Shown: positions 9,891-20,339 of the stretch, piece after piece
Position numbering within the stretch: position 1 is the first letter of the stretch
Layout: every line of letters begins with the position of its first letter
Notes under the pieces: model-generated
The model's database searches: none
The model's input: the letters and a program-made list of their open reading frames with translations, nothing else
What the model was told of the DNA's origin: nothing
Translations under genes and position numbers: made by a program
DNA from: Candidatus Latescibacterota bacterium
GTDB taxonomy: Bacteria; Latescibacterota; UBA2968; GCA-2709665
Length of the DNA stretch: 64,000 nt
Direction of reading: 5' to 3'
Assembly (NCBI GenBank): GCA_965226795.1
Contig: CBDDDZ010000003.1
Location: forward strand, 256,001 to 320,000

Positions 9891-12065
9891 TTACTCTCTC
9901 AGTAACTGTCTGATCACCGGGGCCTGCGGATCGTCGGGATTCAGTTCCAGGGCTTTTTGCAGGTTGGCTCTGGCTTCCTCCATGCGGTTCAGAGCACCGT
10001 AGGCAAGGCCCAGGTTGAAGTAGGCGCTTGGGAGCCGGGGATTGATTTGAATGGCTTTTTGAAGGTAGGGGATCGCCTTTTCGTACCGGCCCATGCTGTG
10101 GTACGTACCGCCGATGTTCAGGTAGGTCCGCGCGCTGGCCAGATGGGGTTGAAGTTGGAGTGCTTTCTTGAGATGTTCGACGGCCTCCGCGTAACGGCCC
10201 AGGCCATGGAAGGCCGCACCGAGGTTGACGTAGGCATCGGCGAGGCCGGGTTGGATTTCAAGGGCTTTATTGAGAGGGTCGATGGCTTCGCCGTACCTGC
10301 CCATCTCGTTGTAGACGGCGCCGAGGTTGACGTACGCATTCGCGGCTTCGGGTTTGAGTTCAACGGCTTTCTTGAGTTGGTCGATCGCCGCCCCGTGCCG
10401 TCCGGTTGCCAGGTAGGCGGTACCCAGATTGATATAGGCTTCCGCGAAGTCGGGTTGGATCTCGACCGCTTTTCTAAGGTGTTCGATCCCACGCTGCGTC
10501 TGCCCGAGGTCGCAGTATATGATCCCGGCCGACAACCAGTGTCTGGGGTTTTTCGGACTCGCGTCGAGCGCGCGCCTGTAGGCGTTCAGCGCGGGTACCG
10601 TTTTCCCCCTCAGCCGGTAGTAGGTACCGAGCGTTTCCCATCCGTAGGAGGCGGCATGTCCGCCCAGCCTGCCCATTTGGTGCACGTATCGCGCCTCGGC
10701 GGCCGCGGGTTTGGCGTTCACGCCGATCCACAACATGGTGTGCAGGGCGGCCGCTGCGAAAATCACGGAAACGTTACGGGAACGCGGTTCCGCGTGTTCG
10801 CGGAGTTCCAGAAGCGCCGAGGCGGCCCATAGCGTGAGCGGCAGGGCCGGAAGCGCCAGAATGTCCCAGTCCCTGAACGCGCCGATCTCGGGGTTGGCGA
10901 AAAACGTGAAGACGAGCGGGACGGCTGCGGCAGCAAGCAGGAAGGGGTGGTGTCGAAAGTCTTTCCTGCCGAACAGGAACAAGGCCATCAACGCGGCGGG
11001 GGCCGAGAGGATCTGCAAGTTGATAAAGTCAAGCAAATGGGAGATTGAGAAGATACGGTAGGGAACGTAGAATCCGGGATCGGCAAGCAGGGGAAGGAGA
11101 TGAATTTTCCCGCCAGTCCGCTCCAGAAAGGCGACGAAATCGAAGCCTGCGAGCCAGAAGACCAACACGGCGGCAAGCGGGGCTGCGCACAGCGCGCCCA
11201 GAGGTGCGACGACGTTGTTCCATCGCTGCATTGAGCTCTCCCTGCGCCGATACCCGTAATAGGCGAGGATGAGCAGGGAAGGCACAAAGAGTACAAACAG
11301 AAAGTGGAACGGGACGAGGAGACCCAGCACCAGCGCAGGTACGTAAAGGGGGGCGCGGTTGGCCAGGCATCGAAGACCTGCCAGCAGATAGAGCAGACTG
11401 GCCGGCATGTAAAAGGCGTAGTTTTCCACGTAACCGAAGAAGAGTTGTACGTATCCGGCGGTAACGAGGAAGGTGAACACGACGGATTTTTCACGGTCGT
11501 TTTTCCCGAGAGCGCCGGCCGTGGCGAACGCGAGCAGGACGTACAGGAGACCGGAGGCGTAGCTGTAGACCCGGTACGTGTTCTCGGCGGAATGCCACAC
11601 CTCGGCGCCGGCGCGATGCAGGACTCGAATCAGCACGAAGGTGAGGGGCGCCCGATCCACGCGTTCGAAGATTCCGGCGTCCAATTCCCTCATGTAAAGG
11701 TACCCGTCGCCCAGGAGATGGCGCGCGGACTGCAGCGCAAAGAAGCCAGCCAGCGCAAGGAGAATCACCAGGGTGCGGACAAGCCAGGTGCGGGCGCCGC
11801 TGCCCCAGAGAACGGAAGGAAGCGTCCCGAACCATGCACGGACTCGAGCACGCACGCATGGAACGAGAACGAGTACGGCAAGCAGGATGAAAACTGCACG
11901 GAGCGAATCCGAATAGTAGTACAGGAGATCCGCGCCCCAGAAGGGGTTGGGACGCCAGAAAGCGAGAAGGATGTGAAGCCCCAGGAACGCGGCGGCGATG
12001 GTGGCCGGCTGCCTGAGACGATCTGATCGTTGCCGTTTGGAATTTCGTGTCCTTTTCTTGCTCAA
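9891..12065 (-). CDS. Polytopic membrane protein with C-terminal TPR array
   Basis: Many hydrophobic helices followed by about seven canonical 34-aa TPRs (AYINLGTAY...AIDQLKKAVELKP). Confidence 0.9.
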   Translation of the reverse strand: MSKKRTRNSKRQRSDRLRQPATIAAAFLGLHILLAFWRPNPFWGADLLYYYSDSLRAVFILLAVLVLVPCVRARVRAWFGTLPSVLWGSGARTWLVRTLVILLALAGFFALQSARHLLGDGYLYMRELDAGIFERVDRAPLTFVLIRVLHRAGAEVWHSAENTYRVYSYASGLLYVLLAFATAGALGKNDREKSVVFTFLVTAGYVQLFFGYVENYAFYMPASLLYLLAGLRCLANRAPLYVPALVLGLLVPFHFLFVLFVPSLLILAYYGYRRRESSMQRWNNVVAPLGALCAAPLAAVLVFWLAGFDFVAFLERTGGKIHLLPLLADPGFYVPYRIFSISHLLDFINLQILSAPAALMALFLFGRKDFRHHPFLLAAAAVPLVFTFFANPEIGAFRDWDILALPALPLTLWAASALLELREHAEPRSRNVSVIFAAAALHTMLWIGVNAKPAAAEARYVHQMGRLGGHAASYGWETLGTYYRLRGKTVPALNAYRRALDASPKNPRHWLSAGIIYCDLGQTQRGIEHLRKAVEIQPDFAEAYINLGTAYLATGRHGAAIDQLKKAVELKPEAANAYVNLGAVYNEMGRYGEAIDPLNKALEIQPGLADAYVNLGAAFHGLGRYAEAVEHLKKALQLQPHLASARTYLNIGGTYHSMGRYEKAIPYLQKAIQINPRLPSAYFNLGLAYGALNRMEEARANLQKALELNPDDPQAPVIRQLLRE

Positions 12066-12105
12066 TGCCCCGTTCCTCCTGCCCTCGTCGCCATGGTTTT
12101 CTCCC

Positions 12106-12134
12106 TTGACGCATCCCCATGATAAGGATATGTT
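12106..12134 (+). promoter_or_regulatory. candidate sigma70 promoter
   Basis: TTGACG-N17-TATGTT upstream of 12183. Confidence 0.5.
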
Positions 12135-12182
12135 AACAGATACCCTATGTCGATTCTATCTCCGTCGTGATCCTGAGACCCT

Positions 12183-13436
12183 ATGTCGGACCCTCAACGA
12201 ACCACTTATGATCTGATAATCGTCGGCGCAGGGCCCGCGGGTGCCGCCGCCGCATTGTACGCGTCGCGACACGGTCTCAAGACCCTTCTCCTTGACAAAT
12301 CCACCTTCCCGAGAGACAAAATCTGCGGCGATGCCCTGTCGGGAAAAGCAGTTGCCATACTGCTCGAACTCGGCCTGCTTGAAAAGATCCGGAATCTGCC
12401 CGGCGCGATCATCAATAAGATCGTTTTCAGCAGCCCGAATCACGTCGATGCCCTGATCGACCTTGAGCGCCATACCCTTCACGACGTCGGAACCGGTCGG
12501 GATATCCCCATGGAGGGATTTGTCATCCGCCGGAAGGTTTTTGACGACTTTCTGTTCCGGGAAGCCCGGGAATGCGTCGATGCGTGCATCGAGGGGTTTA
12601 CGGTAAAGGACCTGGTCCGGGAGAACGGAACCGTCAAGGGCGTAACCGGCAGCGCCAATGGAAAAGAGCGCACCTACCGTGCCAACCTGGTCCTGGGCTG
12701 CGACGGCTTCAACTCCATCGTCGCCCGACGAACCGGGCAATATCGACACGACGGGCGGCACTGGGTTGTTGCCCTGCGTTGCTACTACAAAAACGTGACG
12801 GGTCTGACGGACCAGATCGAACTTCATTTCGTCAATGAAGTCCTGCCGGGATACTTCTGGGCCTTCCCCCTTGAGAACGGCTATGCAAACGTCGGCATCG
12901 GCATGCTGCACAGCAGCCTCAAGCGCCGCAGAGTTAATCTGAAGGAGGCGCTTCAGACGGTAATCAACCGCCCGCCCTTCGACCGGCGATTCGCGAATGC
13001 GCGCGCCATGGAAGAACCCGTCGGATGGAATCTTCCCATCGGCAGCATCCGAAGGAAAAGCTATGGCAACGGATTTATGTTGCTCGGCGACGCCGCCGGG
13101 CTGATCGACCCCTTCACCGGGGAGGGCATCGGCAACGCCCTGTACGCCGCACGTTTCGCGGCGCAGGTCGCCGCCGAAGCCAGAACGGCGAACGACTTCA
13201 GCGAAGCCTTTTTGAAACGTTACGAAGACCGTCTCTGGGATGCCATTGGCGACGAACTCAGAACCAGCAAGCGCCTGCAGGACCTGGGCCGCTGGCGGCC
13301 CCTGCTCAATCTCGTCATTCAAAAGGCGGCACAGAATCAACAGATCAGCGATCTTATCACCGGCATGATCGCCAACGCCGTTCCCAAGAAAAAGCTCTTC
13401 AGCCCCGTCTTTTATCTCGGGCTTCTTTTCAAGTGA
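12183..13436 (+). CDS. Geranylgeranyl reductase family FAD-dependent oxidoreductase
   Basis: GAGPAG, FPRDKICGD, GYFWAFP and GDAAGLIDPFTGEGI motifs. Confidence 0.92.
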   Translation: MSDPQRTTYDLIIVGAGPAGAAAALYASRHGLKTLLLDKSTFPRDKICGDALSGKAVAILLELGLLEKIRNLPGAIINKIVFSSPNHVDALIDLERHTLHDVGTGRDIPMEGFVIRRKVFDDFLFREARECVDACIEGFTVKDLVRENGTVKGVTGSANGKERTYRANLVLGCDGFNSIVARRTGQYRHDGRHWVVALRCYYKNVTGLTDQIELHFVNEVLPGYFWAFPLENGYANVGIGMLHSSLKRRRVNLKEALQTVINRPPFDRRFANARAMEEPVGWNLPIGSIRRKSYGNGFMLLGDAAGLIDPFTGEGIGNALYAARFAAQVAAEARTANDFSEAFLKRYEDRLWDAIGDELRTSKRLQDLGRWRPLLNLVIQKAAQNQQISDLITGMIANAVPKKKLFSPVFYLGLLFK

Positions 13437-13465
13437 GACTTGTCGTTCACAAAGGAGGACTCATC

Positions 13466-14401
13466 ATGAAAGCCATGGGCATGCCGTCAGTCCTGTGCTT
13501 TGCCTTGCTGTTGTCATTCGGCGCTTCCATCCACGCCGCGGACAAAATCACCATTCGGATCTCCCATCCGGACGGCCGTACCATCAAGTACAAACACAAA
13601 TATTCCTTTTCCTACAAGAGCGACCGCTCCGAAATTCTCGTTCCCGGACGCACGAATCGCGGAAATACCTCCGGTGAAATCAGAGGCGAATGGCAAAGCC
13701 TGGAAATCACGCAAGCCGGTGCGGACGGGGAATCCGACGCGCAAACCACGCGTATTGTCGCAACCGTACGCAAAGCCTTCAGCGGTTTCTTCTTTGAGCG
13801 GAAACGCCTGACCTACGACCAGTTTCCCTATACACTGGATCAGTTGGACGACCGGCAACTCACCTGGATTCTGTCTTCGGATGGAACGATTGAACGGTTT
13901 ACACCCGGCTTCTCCGCGAGAGAACTCAACCGGCCTGACATTCTCACGGATATCTGGCAGATCTGGATGCCCGAACTTCAGCCGGTACTTCCCCAGGAAC
14001 CGGTTGGCCCTGGCGACACGTGGTCCGGCAAGAGGATTTTCAAGACCCCGACCCTTATGATCGATGACGAAGCTGTCGTGGATATTGAAAGCGAATACAA
14101 GGTAAAGAATATCGCAACAAAGAAAGGAAATAAAGTTGTCACATTCGAAGAGAAAAGGAAGGTCCGTTATAGAGCGGCTTTCACTATCGGCTCCCTGTCT
14201 CTTGTCGTCGACGGAACCGGAGGAGGCAAAGGCACCTGGATCATCGACGCGGACCGCGGAATCGTGCTGTCCCATAACATAAGAACGAACATCACGCGCC
14301 CCGAGGTGAGGCGCATGGACCACAAAAAACCCGTGGACAACATCCGAGCCGACATCGACCTGACTTACGAACGGAAACTGAACAAGGTCGAAAAGGAATA
14401 A
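13466..14401 (+). CDS. Hypothetical secreted beta-rich protein
   Basis: AGGAGG RBS before ATG at 13466; signal peptide ending IHA; LPQEPVGPGDTW motif. Confidence 0.8.
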   Translation: MKAMGMPSVLCFALLLSFGASIHAADKITIRISHPDGRTIKYKHKYSFSYKSDRSEILVPGRTNRGNTSGEIRGEWQSLEITQAGADGESDAQTTRIVATVRKAFSGFFFERKRLTYDQFPYTLDQLDDRQLTWILSSDGTIERFTPGFSARELNRPDILTDIWQIWMPELQPVLPQEPVGPGDTWSGKRIFKTPTLMIDDEAVVDIESEYKVKNIATKKGNKVVTFEEKRKVRYRAAFTIGSLSLVVDGTGGGKGTWIIDADRGIVLSHNIRTNITRPEVRRMDHKKPVDNIRADIDLTYERKLNKVEKE

Positions 14402-14405
14402 AGAG

Positions 14406-14462
14406 TCAGCCATTAGCATACAGCCGTCAGCAACAACAGGTATCAGCTCTCAGCAAACAGCT
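14406..14462 (+). repeat. Degenerate CAGCNNT heptamer tandem array
   Basis: gtcagccattagcatacagccgtcagc...tatcagctctcagcaaacagct; similar arrays near 2978, 3277, 6400, 9363 and 19676. Confidence 0.7.
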
Positions 14463-14468
14463 TAAACC

Positions 14469-14840
14469 GGTTCGCCGCTCCTGAGCTTTGTCCCTCACGC
14501 GACCGGTTGTGGAGTGTGGGGTTTGTTCGCGGCAAAAATCGCGCCGCTCACCATCAGCCTCGAACGCCAAAACCAGGCGTCCCCTGTTGTCCCGTATAGA
14601 CCCCGGAACAACAGGTCACCCGCTTCGCGGGCGGAGGCGGATTCTCCACTCTTTAACGTCCAGCACCGAAGTGCCGTGGATCCCGATGCGTACGTAGGGC
14701 ACAACCGCCAGTATACGCCACTGACGAGATTCGTGGAAAAACCGGCTCCGCGCCGAGCGGTCTGCCTGCGCCGGCCCGTGCTCGGCAGGCAGGCGCGGTT
14801 CTTTTTGGTCCTTTTCCTTGCGCGAACAAGAAAAAGGACG
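14469..14840 (+). repeat. Structured intergenic repeat, copy D
   Basis: Core with nested insert (14761-14793) and a 120-nt module (14544-14663) shared with copy G. Confidence 0.9.
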
Positions 14841-14884
14841 GAGAAATTGAGAATTGATTGAAGTGATGCATTTCCCTCCCCTTG

Positions 14885-15769
14885 ATGCGCGACCAGAATA
14901 AAGCCTACCTCTACGCCATAACGACGGTTCTACTCTGGTCGACCGTCGCCTCCGCCTTCAAGATCTCCCTCCGATATCTGGACCACCTGCAGCTTCTCTT
15001 CTATGCCGGTCTGGCTTCTTCGTGTACCCTGGCGCTTTTAATCGTCATCCAGGGCAAACAAAGCCTCGTTTTTACGTACTCAAAAAAACAATATTTGAAG
15101 TCCCTCCTTCTCGGCCTGCTCAACCCATGCCTCTACTACCTGATCCTCTTCAAAGCTTACGATCTTCTGCCCGCTCAGGAAGCTCAGCCCCTGAACTACA
15201 CCTGGGCCATTACGCTCTCGCTCCTGTCCATTCCGCTTTTAAAACAGCGCATTAAACCACAGGAAATCCTTGCCGGTTTCGTGTGTTATTCCGGCGCCCT
15301 GGTGATCTCCACTCGCGGCAACATCCTGGACTTTCGGCTCTCAGACCCCCTTGGCGTAACCCTGGCCCTCGTCAGCACCATTGTATGGGCGTTGTTCTGG
15401 ATCTACAACACTCGGGATGACCGGGACGCCGTTGTCGGCCTCTTTCTCAACTTCACGTTCGCCCTGCCGTTCACGTTCGCACTCTGCCTGGTTTTCTCGG
15501 ATCTCCGAATTTCCAGTCTCTACGGCCTGATGGGCGCCGTGTACGTCGGCTTCGTCGAAATGGGCATCGCCTTCGTTTTCTGGCTCATCGCTCTACGGCT
15601 CTCGGAAACAACGGCCCGAGTTGCCAACCTGATCTTCATCTCTCCGTTCGTCTCCCTGATCTTCATCCACTTCCTGGTCGGCGAAGAAATCCTGCCGACC
15701 ACCCCGATCGGGCTGGTTCTCATTGTCGCCGGCCTGCTGATCCAGCGGCTCGGTTCGCGATCGAACTGA
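14885..15769 (+). CDS. EamA/DMT-family transporter
   Basis: About 10 TM helices in two EamA halves; LLWSTVASAFK and AQEAQPLNYTW motifs. Confidence 0.92.
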   Translation: MRDQNKAYLYAITTVLLWSTVASAFKISLRYLDHLQLLFYAGLASSCTLALLIVIQGKQSLVFTYSKKQYLKSLLLGLLNPCLYYLILFKAYDLLPAQEAQPLNYTWAITLSLLSIPLLKQRIKPQEILAGFVCYSGALVISTRGNILDFRLSDPLGVTLALVSTIVWALFWIYNTRDDRDAVVGLFLNFTFALPFTFALCLVFSDLRISSLYGLMGAVYVGFVEMGIAFVFWLIALRLSETTARVANLIFISPFVSLIFIHFLVGEEILPTTPIGLVLIVAGLLIQRLGSRSN

Positions 15770-15833
15770 AAATTCAAGAAATCACCGCCAGAACGGAATG
15801 CCCGGAGAAAAGTGATCATGGTTCCATCGGCAG

Positions 15834-16003
15834 CCCTGTGCTTACCGAAGCGTGGTCATTGCCTGTGCTGGCTTGTCGAAGCAAGCTTGTCGAAATGTGT
15901 ACGCTGAGCCTGTCGAAGCGCCCGTGTTTCGGCGCCCTTCGCCGACCCATCGACAGGCTCAGGGCAGGGCTTAGGGGCCACAGGCTCACGATGCGGGCTC
16001 AGG
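15834..16003. repeat. Nested cluster of CTGAGCYTGTCGAAG-type repeats
   Basis: Several GCTTGTCGAA/GCCTGTCGAAG units on the plus strand and an inverted TCGACAGGCTCAGGG unit. Confidence 0.7.
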
Positions 16004-16209
16004 GTGCCGCTGAATCCGCGACTCCATCCCATTTCCATATACCGGTCTGCGAGGGCATACCTGCATTCACCTCCAGCTCCGGGGGAAAGTGAAAAGCCGC
16101 CAGACTACGTGACGGCTTGTTCATTCTCCTTGCAGATGCAACAATCATACGACGCAACAGGGATATCAGGCGATAGTGGCGCCAAGATCGTTTTGCGATT
16201 TACCGAAGG

Positions 16210-16642
16210 TTACGCTTTGGATTTGAGCATGGAGAGGCCCATCGCGGCCAGGATCAACGGCAGGGCGGCGTCAATCACAATCCACACCGCGGAGACCGTT
16301 TCCATTGCTATGGCGGTGAAACCGGGACTGTGGAGGTTAAAAAAGTTCAGGAAAAAAAGAATACCCAAAAAGGAGGCCGTAGAATTGCACGTTGGCTTCG
16401 AGATATTCGCGGGTCACGGAAGCGTCGCCGCCTTCACGTCCAGCGTCGCGCCTGCGAATAAATCCGAAGACAAGGCCCAACACGATCGCCAGCAGCATCA
16501 GCGCGTTAATCTTGCTCCAATGCGGGCTGTACGGACTGGCTGCGGTGGAAGTGTAATACAGCGGTTCGGCGACCGTATGGATTGCCACCACGGCCGCAAC
16601 GAGTACAAGATAGACGCCAACGATGCGTTTGAAAGAATCCAT
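16210..16642 (-). pseudogene. Four-helix membrane protein with two frameshifts
   Basis: AGGAG RBS. After YGLLF the hydrophobic sequence continues in another frame (ILFFLNFFNLHSPGF...AVWIVIDAALPLILAAMG). Shifts lie near 16365 and 16240, with TAA at 16210. Confidence 0.7.
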
Positions 16643-16875
16643 ATTTGCTTCTCCTTTCTATGGTGCGACACGGTACGGAGTGCGGTTCAGGTGACGAAAC
16701 GCAATGAACCTCGTTCAGAAAAGGTCATCGAAATGTGGCTGGCGTGAACAACCGAGACAAACAATGCCCCGCGCGCCAGGAAAAAGGGTAACGGGCAACG
16801 CACGCGTGCAGGCGAGGCTAATCATTCATTCCCATCGATACGCGGGACCAGCGCCATAACCGGGATGGCTCCAAC

Positions 16876-18324
16876 CTACAGGAACCGAAACATTTTCGCT
16901 GGTTCGTACCCCGGCATCACCGACCGATGCTCACGGCCCGCAATCAATGTCTGCCCGTCCGTAAACCCCTCAGGTCGGCCCTGGAGAAACCCGATCAATC
17001 GCTTCCGCCAGGGAGTCAACCGATCCTCCGAGCCATCCCCTGTCGCCAGGTCTTTCAGTTCAAGCGGATCCTCGTCCAGGTTGAACAGGTGCTCCCTGTC
17101 TGTCTGTGTGTACCAGACGTATTTATGGCGCCCATCCGTCACATAGTGATTTCCATGCTCGTACTCATAGCACCCGGAGTGCTCGCCGTGCAACACATCG
17201 CGTACTCCGTCCGCTTCGCCGCGCAGCACCGGCACCAGACTCCTTCCCGTACACGTCTCCGGCACCTCCAGGCCGCAGGCATCCAGAATCGTCGGCATGA
17301 TATCCTGCAGCCCCACTGGCGTTCGGCACGTCACCGATTCCGGCGCCCCCCAACTCCGCGGCGCCCGGATCAGAAACGGCACGCGCGCCGACGCTTCGTA
17401 TGGCCATGTTTTCCGGAACAAGTGATGATCGCCAAGCATCTCGCCGTGATCTGAAGTAAAGATGATCAGACTCTCGTTCAGGATGCCGCGTGTAAATTGG
17501 ATCAACCTTCCGATCTGATCGTCGATGAAATTCACCATCCCGTAGTACGCCGCACGCGCACACTGCATATCGTGCGGACCCAGACAGATCTCCGACGCAT
17601 TCGGATCCAACCCCTTGCGCGGCCCGTCGAACCCGGGCGCCCAATCTCCCACAACCGGTTCCGGCAGCGCGCGATTGATGTAGCGGTCGTAATAGACCCG
17701 TGGCGGCGTCAGCGGCGGATGCGGATCGATAAAGGAGAGATTCAGGAAGAAAGGCGCAGATGGATCCCGCTTCTGAAGAAACGCCATCGCCCGGTCCACG
17801 CACCAGAACGTATGCATCTGTTCTTCGGGCAGATGGTGCGGCCGTCCCACCCAGCCGTTTGACGAAAGCCCATGCGCCATACCGGGGTCCACCGCCATGC
17901 GTCCGTGGTGTTCGCGCAGCCAATCTACGTAATCGTTCTCCTTTCCCCGCGTGCCATCCGCAAGCTGCATATGGTCGAATCCGTACCGCTTCCGCATCGG
18001 GTGCAAATGTAACTTCCCGATCATTTCCGTCTGATATCCCGCCCCGGACAGTCCTCCCGCCAGGGTATGCGACGGTTCCCACTCCGTTCCCTGAAACCCC
18101 ACCACGCCATTCGCCGCGGGCGCCATCCCCGTCATCAGGCACCGCCTTGCGGGAATACAGCTGGGACACTCCGAATACCCACGACCAAAAAACGCTCCCG
18201 TACTGCCCAACCAGTCGAGATTGGGTGTCTGTAGAACCTCCGGCGCTTCGGGATCCAGCCCCACGCAATCCCCCCGCTGCTGATCCGTCGTAATCAACAC
18301 CACGTTCGGTCGGTCATTCGGCAT
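16876..18324 (-). CDS. Formylglycine-dependent sulfatase
   Basis: TDQQR, CIPAR (CxPxR), GKLH, DPHPP and SDHGEMLG motifs; GGAGG RBS. Confidence 0.95.
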   Translation of the reverse strand: MPNDRPNVVLITTDQQRGDCVGLDPEAPEVLQTPNLDWLGSTGAFFGRGYSECPSCIPARRCLMTGMAPAANGVVGFQGTEWEPSHTLAGGLSGAGYQTEMIGKLHLHPMRKRYGFDHMQLADGTRGKENDYVDWLREHHGRMAVDPGMAHGLSSNGWVGRPHHLPEEQMHTFWCVDRAMAFLQKRDPSAPFFLNLSFIDPHPPLTPPRVYYDRYINRALPEPVVGDWAPGFDGPRKGLDPNASEICLGPHDMQCARAAYYGMVNFIDDQIGRLIQFTRGILNESLIIFTSDHGEMLGDHHLFRKTWPYEASARVPFLIRAPRSWGAPESVTCRTPVGLQDIMPTILDACGLEVPETCTGRSLVPVLRGEADGVRDVLHGEHSGCYEYEHGNHYVTDGRHKYVWYTQTDREHLFNLDEDPLELKDLATGDGSEDRLTPWRKRLIGFLQGRPEGFTDGQTLIAGREHRSVMPGYEPAKMFRFL

Positions 18325-18336
18325 TTCAGCCTCCAT

Positions 18337-19575
18337 TCACGAAATCTTCAGCGCGTCGTCTATCTCCGCCTGATAGGCGTCTATCTTACCGGTCTCTACC
18401 TCCGACATCCGTACCGCCCGACCCGCTACGGCGGACTCGAAAATCCCATACACCGCGGCCACGTCCTTCATCCCTTCCATGCCGTCCACCTCCACTTCCT
18501 TTCCCTCCGCAATGGCTTCGCCCAACTCGTAGTACTCCATGGCAAGAAGCTTCAAATCGACCTCGCGGTCCGCCGACGTGACTCCGGTAGGGAAAAAATA
18601 GGCCGTCAGCGCATCCGGCTCGAAGCCCTCCGCGCCTGCCAGCATTTCCTCCTGTTCCTGGAATTCGCCACGCCCGCGACGCATACGCACCCGTCCGCCG
18701 CGTGTGCCAAAACCCTCAACGCACCCCTCCGTGCCGAGAATCAACTGGGTACCGCATCCCCCGTATCCGCCCAAACCAACCACCCAGCTCACCGTGGCGC
18801 CATTGGCCATGCGATACATCGCCACGGACGAATCCTCGGCGTCGGCCGGAACGGCATGCACCATGTCTTCGAATTGTTTCCGGTAGAATTCATAGGGCAT
18901 CCACGTCGTGTCGGCCTTTCGCCGCACCGGCTCCACCAGCCGCACATCCCCGTACACTTCGTGGATATCCCCCATTTGATAGCGGATCAGGTCGGTATAG
19001 TGTACCCCCATATCCACCAGCGGCCCACCGCGATTCTTGAGGTGGCGCCAGGGGGTAATGAAAATCCGGTCCCCCTCGCTTACCTGATGGAACAGACCCA
19101 TGTACGGGACGCCTATCGCTCCGCTCGCCACCATATGGTTCGCCAGTCGCGCCGAAGGATCCCGCCGGTAATTCTCCGCCACGGACAACACGCGTCGATT
19201 CCGTTCCGCCGCCTGAATCATCATCAGACAGGCACGAACGGTAATTGCCATTGGCTTTTCCACCATCACATGCAGCCCGAGATCCAGCGCCCGACAGGCC
19301 ACCTCGTGATGGACCGAAGGATCGGTCACCACGTCCACGGCATCCAGTTCCGGCATCGCGGCGGCCATTGCCTCCAAATCGGCAAAAACCGCCGGCTCCA
19401 CCCCCAGAAGTTTTCTGGCCTCAGCGGCCGCCATCCCGGCATTGTCCGGATTGATGTCGCACAACGCCCGCAAATCGATCCTGTTAAACGGCGTCTGCGC
19501 GAGCGTCCGCAGACCATAGAGGTGCCGCGTTCCCATGCCGCCGCATCCCACCAGTCCCAGGTTGATCCGCTCCAT
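18337..19575 (-). CDS. Gfo/Idh/MocA-family oxidoreductase
   Basis: GCGGMG, VEKPMA, AENYRRDP and DMGVHYTD motifs. Confidence 0.93.
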   Translation of the reverse strand: MERINLGLVGCGGMGTRHLYGLRTLAQTPFNRIDLRALCDINPDNAGMAAAEARKLLGVEPAVFADLEAMAAAMPELDAVDVVTDPSVHHEVACRALDLGLHVMVEKPMAITVRACLMMIQAAERNRRVLSVAENYRRDPSARLANHMVASGAIGVPYMGLFHQVSEGDRIFITPWRHLKNRGGPLVDMGVHYTDLIRYQMGDIHEVYGDVRLVEPVRRKADTTWMPYEFYRKQFEDMVHAVPADAEDSSVAMYRMANGATVSWVVGLGGYGGCGTQLILGTEGCVEGFGTRGGRVRMRRGRGEFQEQEEMLAGAEGFEPDALTAYFFPTGVTSADREVDLKLLAMEYYELGEAIAEGKEVEVDGMEGMKDVAAVYGIFESAVAGRAVRMSEVETGKIDAYQAEIDDALKIS

Positions 19576-19675
19576 ATCGGTCTCTTTTCTCAAAACTCCC
19601 GCCGCACCTGTCTTAACGCCCCTTGACACAAGAGCGATGTTCGCTATCTTCGTTCCGCCGGGTGGCGGGCTGAAA

Positions 19676-19731
19676 ACAGCGAACAGCCGTCAAAAAAACA
19701 GCTATCAGCTGTCAGTTTACAGCATTCAGCT
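19676..19731 (+). repeat. Degenerate CAGCNNT heptamer tandem array
   Basis: cagctatcagctgtcagtttacagcattcagct. Confidence 0.7.
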
Positions 19732-19785
19732 AAAACCGTTTGGCGTTTCGGCCTGGTGATATCAATTCGCGTATGTCCGGATTTT

Positions 19786-19932
19786 GTAGGGGCGACCGGC
19801 CGGTCGCCCCTACGTATACCGTGCGTCCGACGAGGAACAGCGGTCAACTGACGCCGGTCATCCATACGGCCCAGCGTTGTCAATTGCCGTTGTCTACTCC
19901 AAGATGTGGACAACCACAAGGGTTGCCCCTAC
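19786..19932. repeat. Two GTAG-type REP palindromes
   Basis: GTAGGGGCGACCGGCCGGTCGCCCCTAC (perfect 28-nt palindrome, 19786-19813) and GGACAACCACAAGGGTTGCCCCTAC (19908-19932; relative at 3363). Confidence 0.85.
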
Positions 19933-19973
19933 AAATGCCAAGGCGACGCGAACTGGTTTGTGGCTTCATACGT

Positions 19974-20295
19974 CCTCCCGCCCGCCCCGCTGTGGGGATG
20001 GGGCTTTTTCGCTCTATCCGGCGATTTGCCTCTCGCGTGTCCGGTGGTGGTGCGGGGGGTTTTTCCGCGTTGATCCGTCCAACCGTGTCGCCTCGTGTAT
20101 GCTCAGGCGGTCTCAGGGCAATGTCTCACGATTTCTCCACTAAGGAGATTCGCGGAAAAACCGGCCCCGTGCCGAACGGCGCCGTTCTTTTTGGTCCTTT
20201 TTCTTGGGCGTACAAGAAAAAGGACGTAAATAATAGAAAAATAAACAATTTACGAGAAATACATGGTCGAAGTCATAGCAAAACCCATCGTTCGC
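19974..20295 (+). repeat. Structured intergenic repeat, copy E
   Basis: Duplicated 5' unit, long stem, core without nested insert, A-rich tail, and extension shared with copy C. Confidence 0.9.
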
Positions 20296-20339
20296 CTTTA
20301 TCCGCTTTTTTCCGTGCCTCCAGCTGGAGCTACGCTCCC

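Noticed and set aside
19740..20339. 200-codon N-terminal extension of the isomerase through repeat copy E
   Set aside because: The sequence is REP and repeat DNA, the TIM-barrel homology starts at ATG 20340, and the open frame is probably chance.
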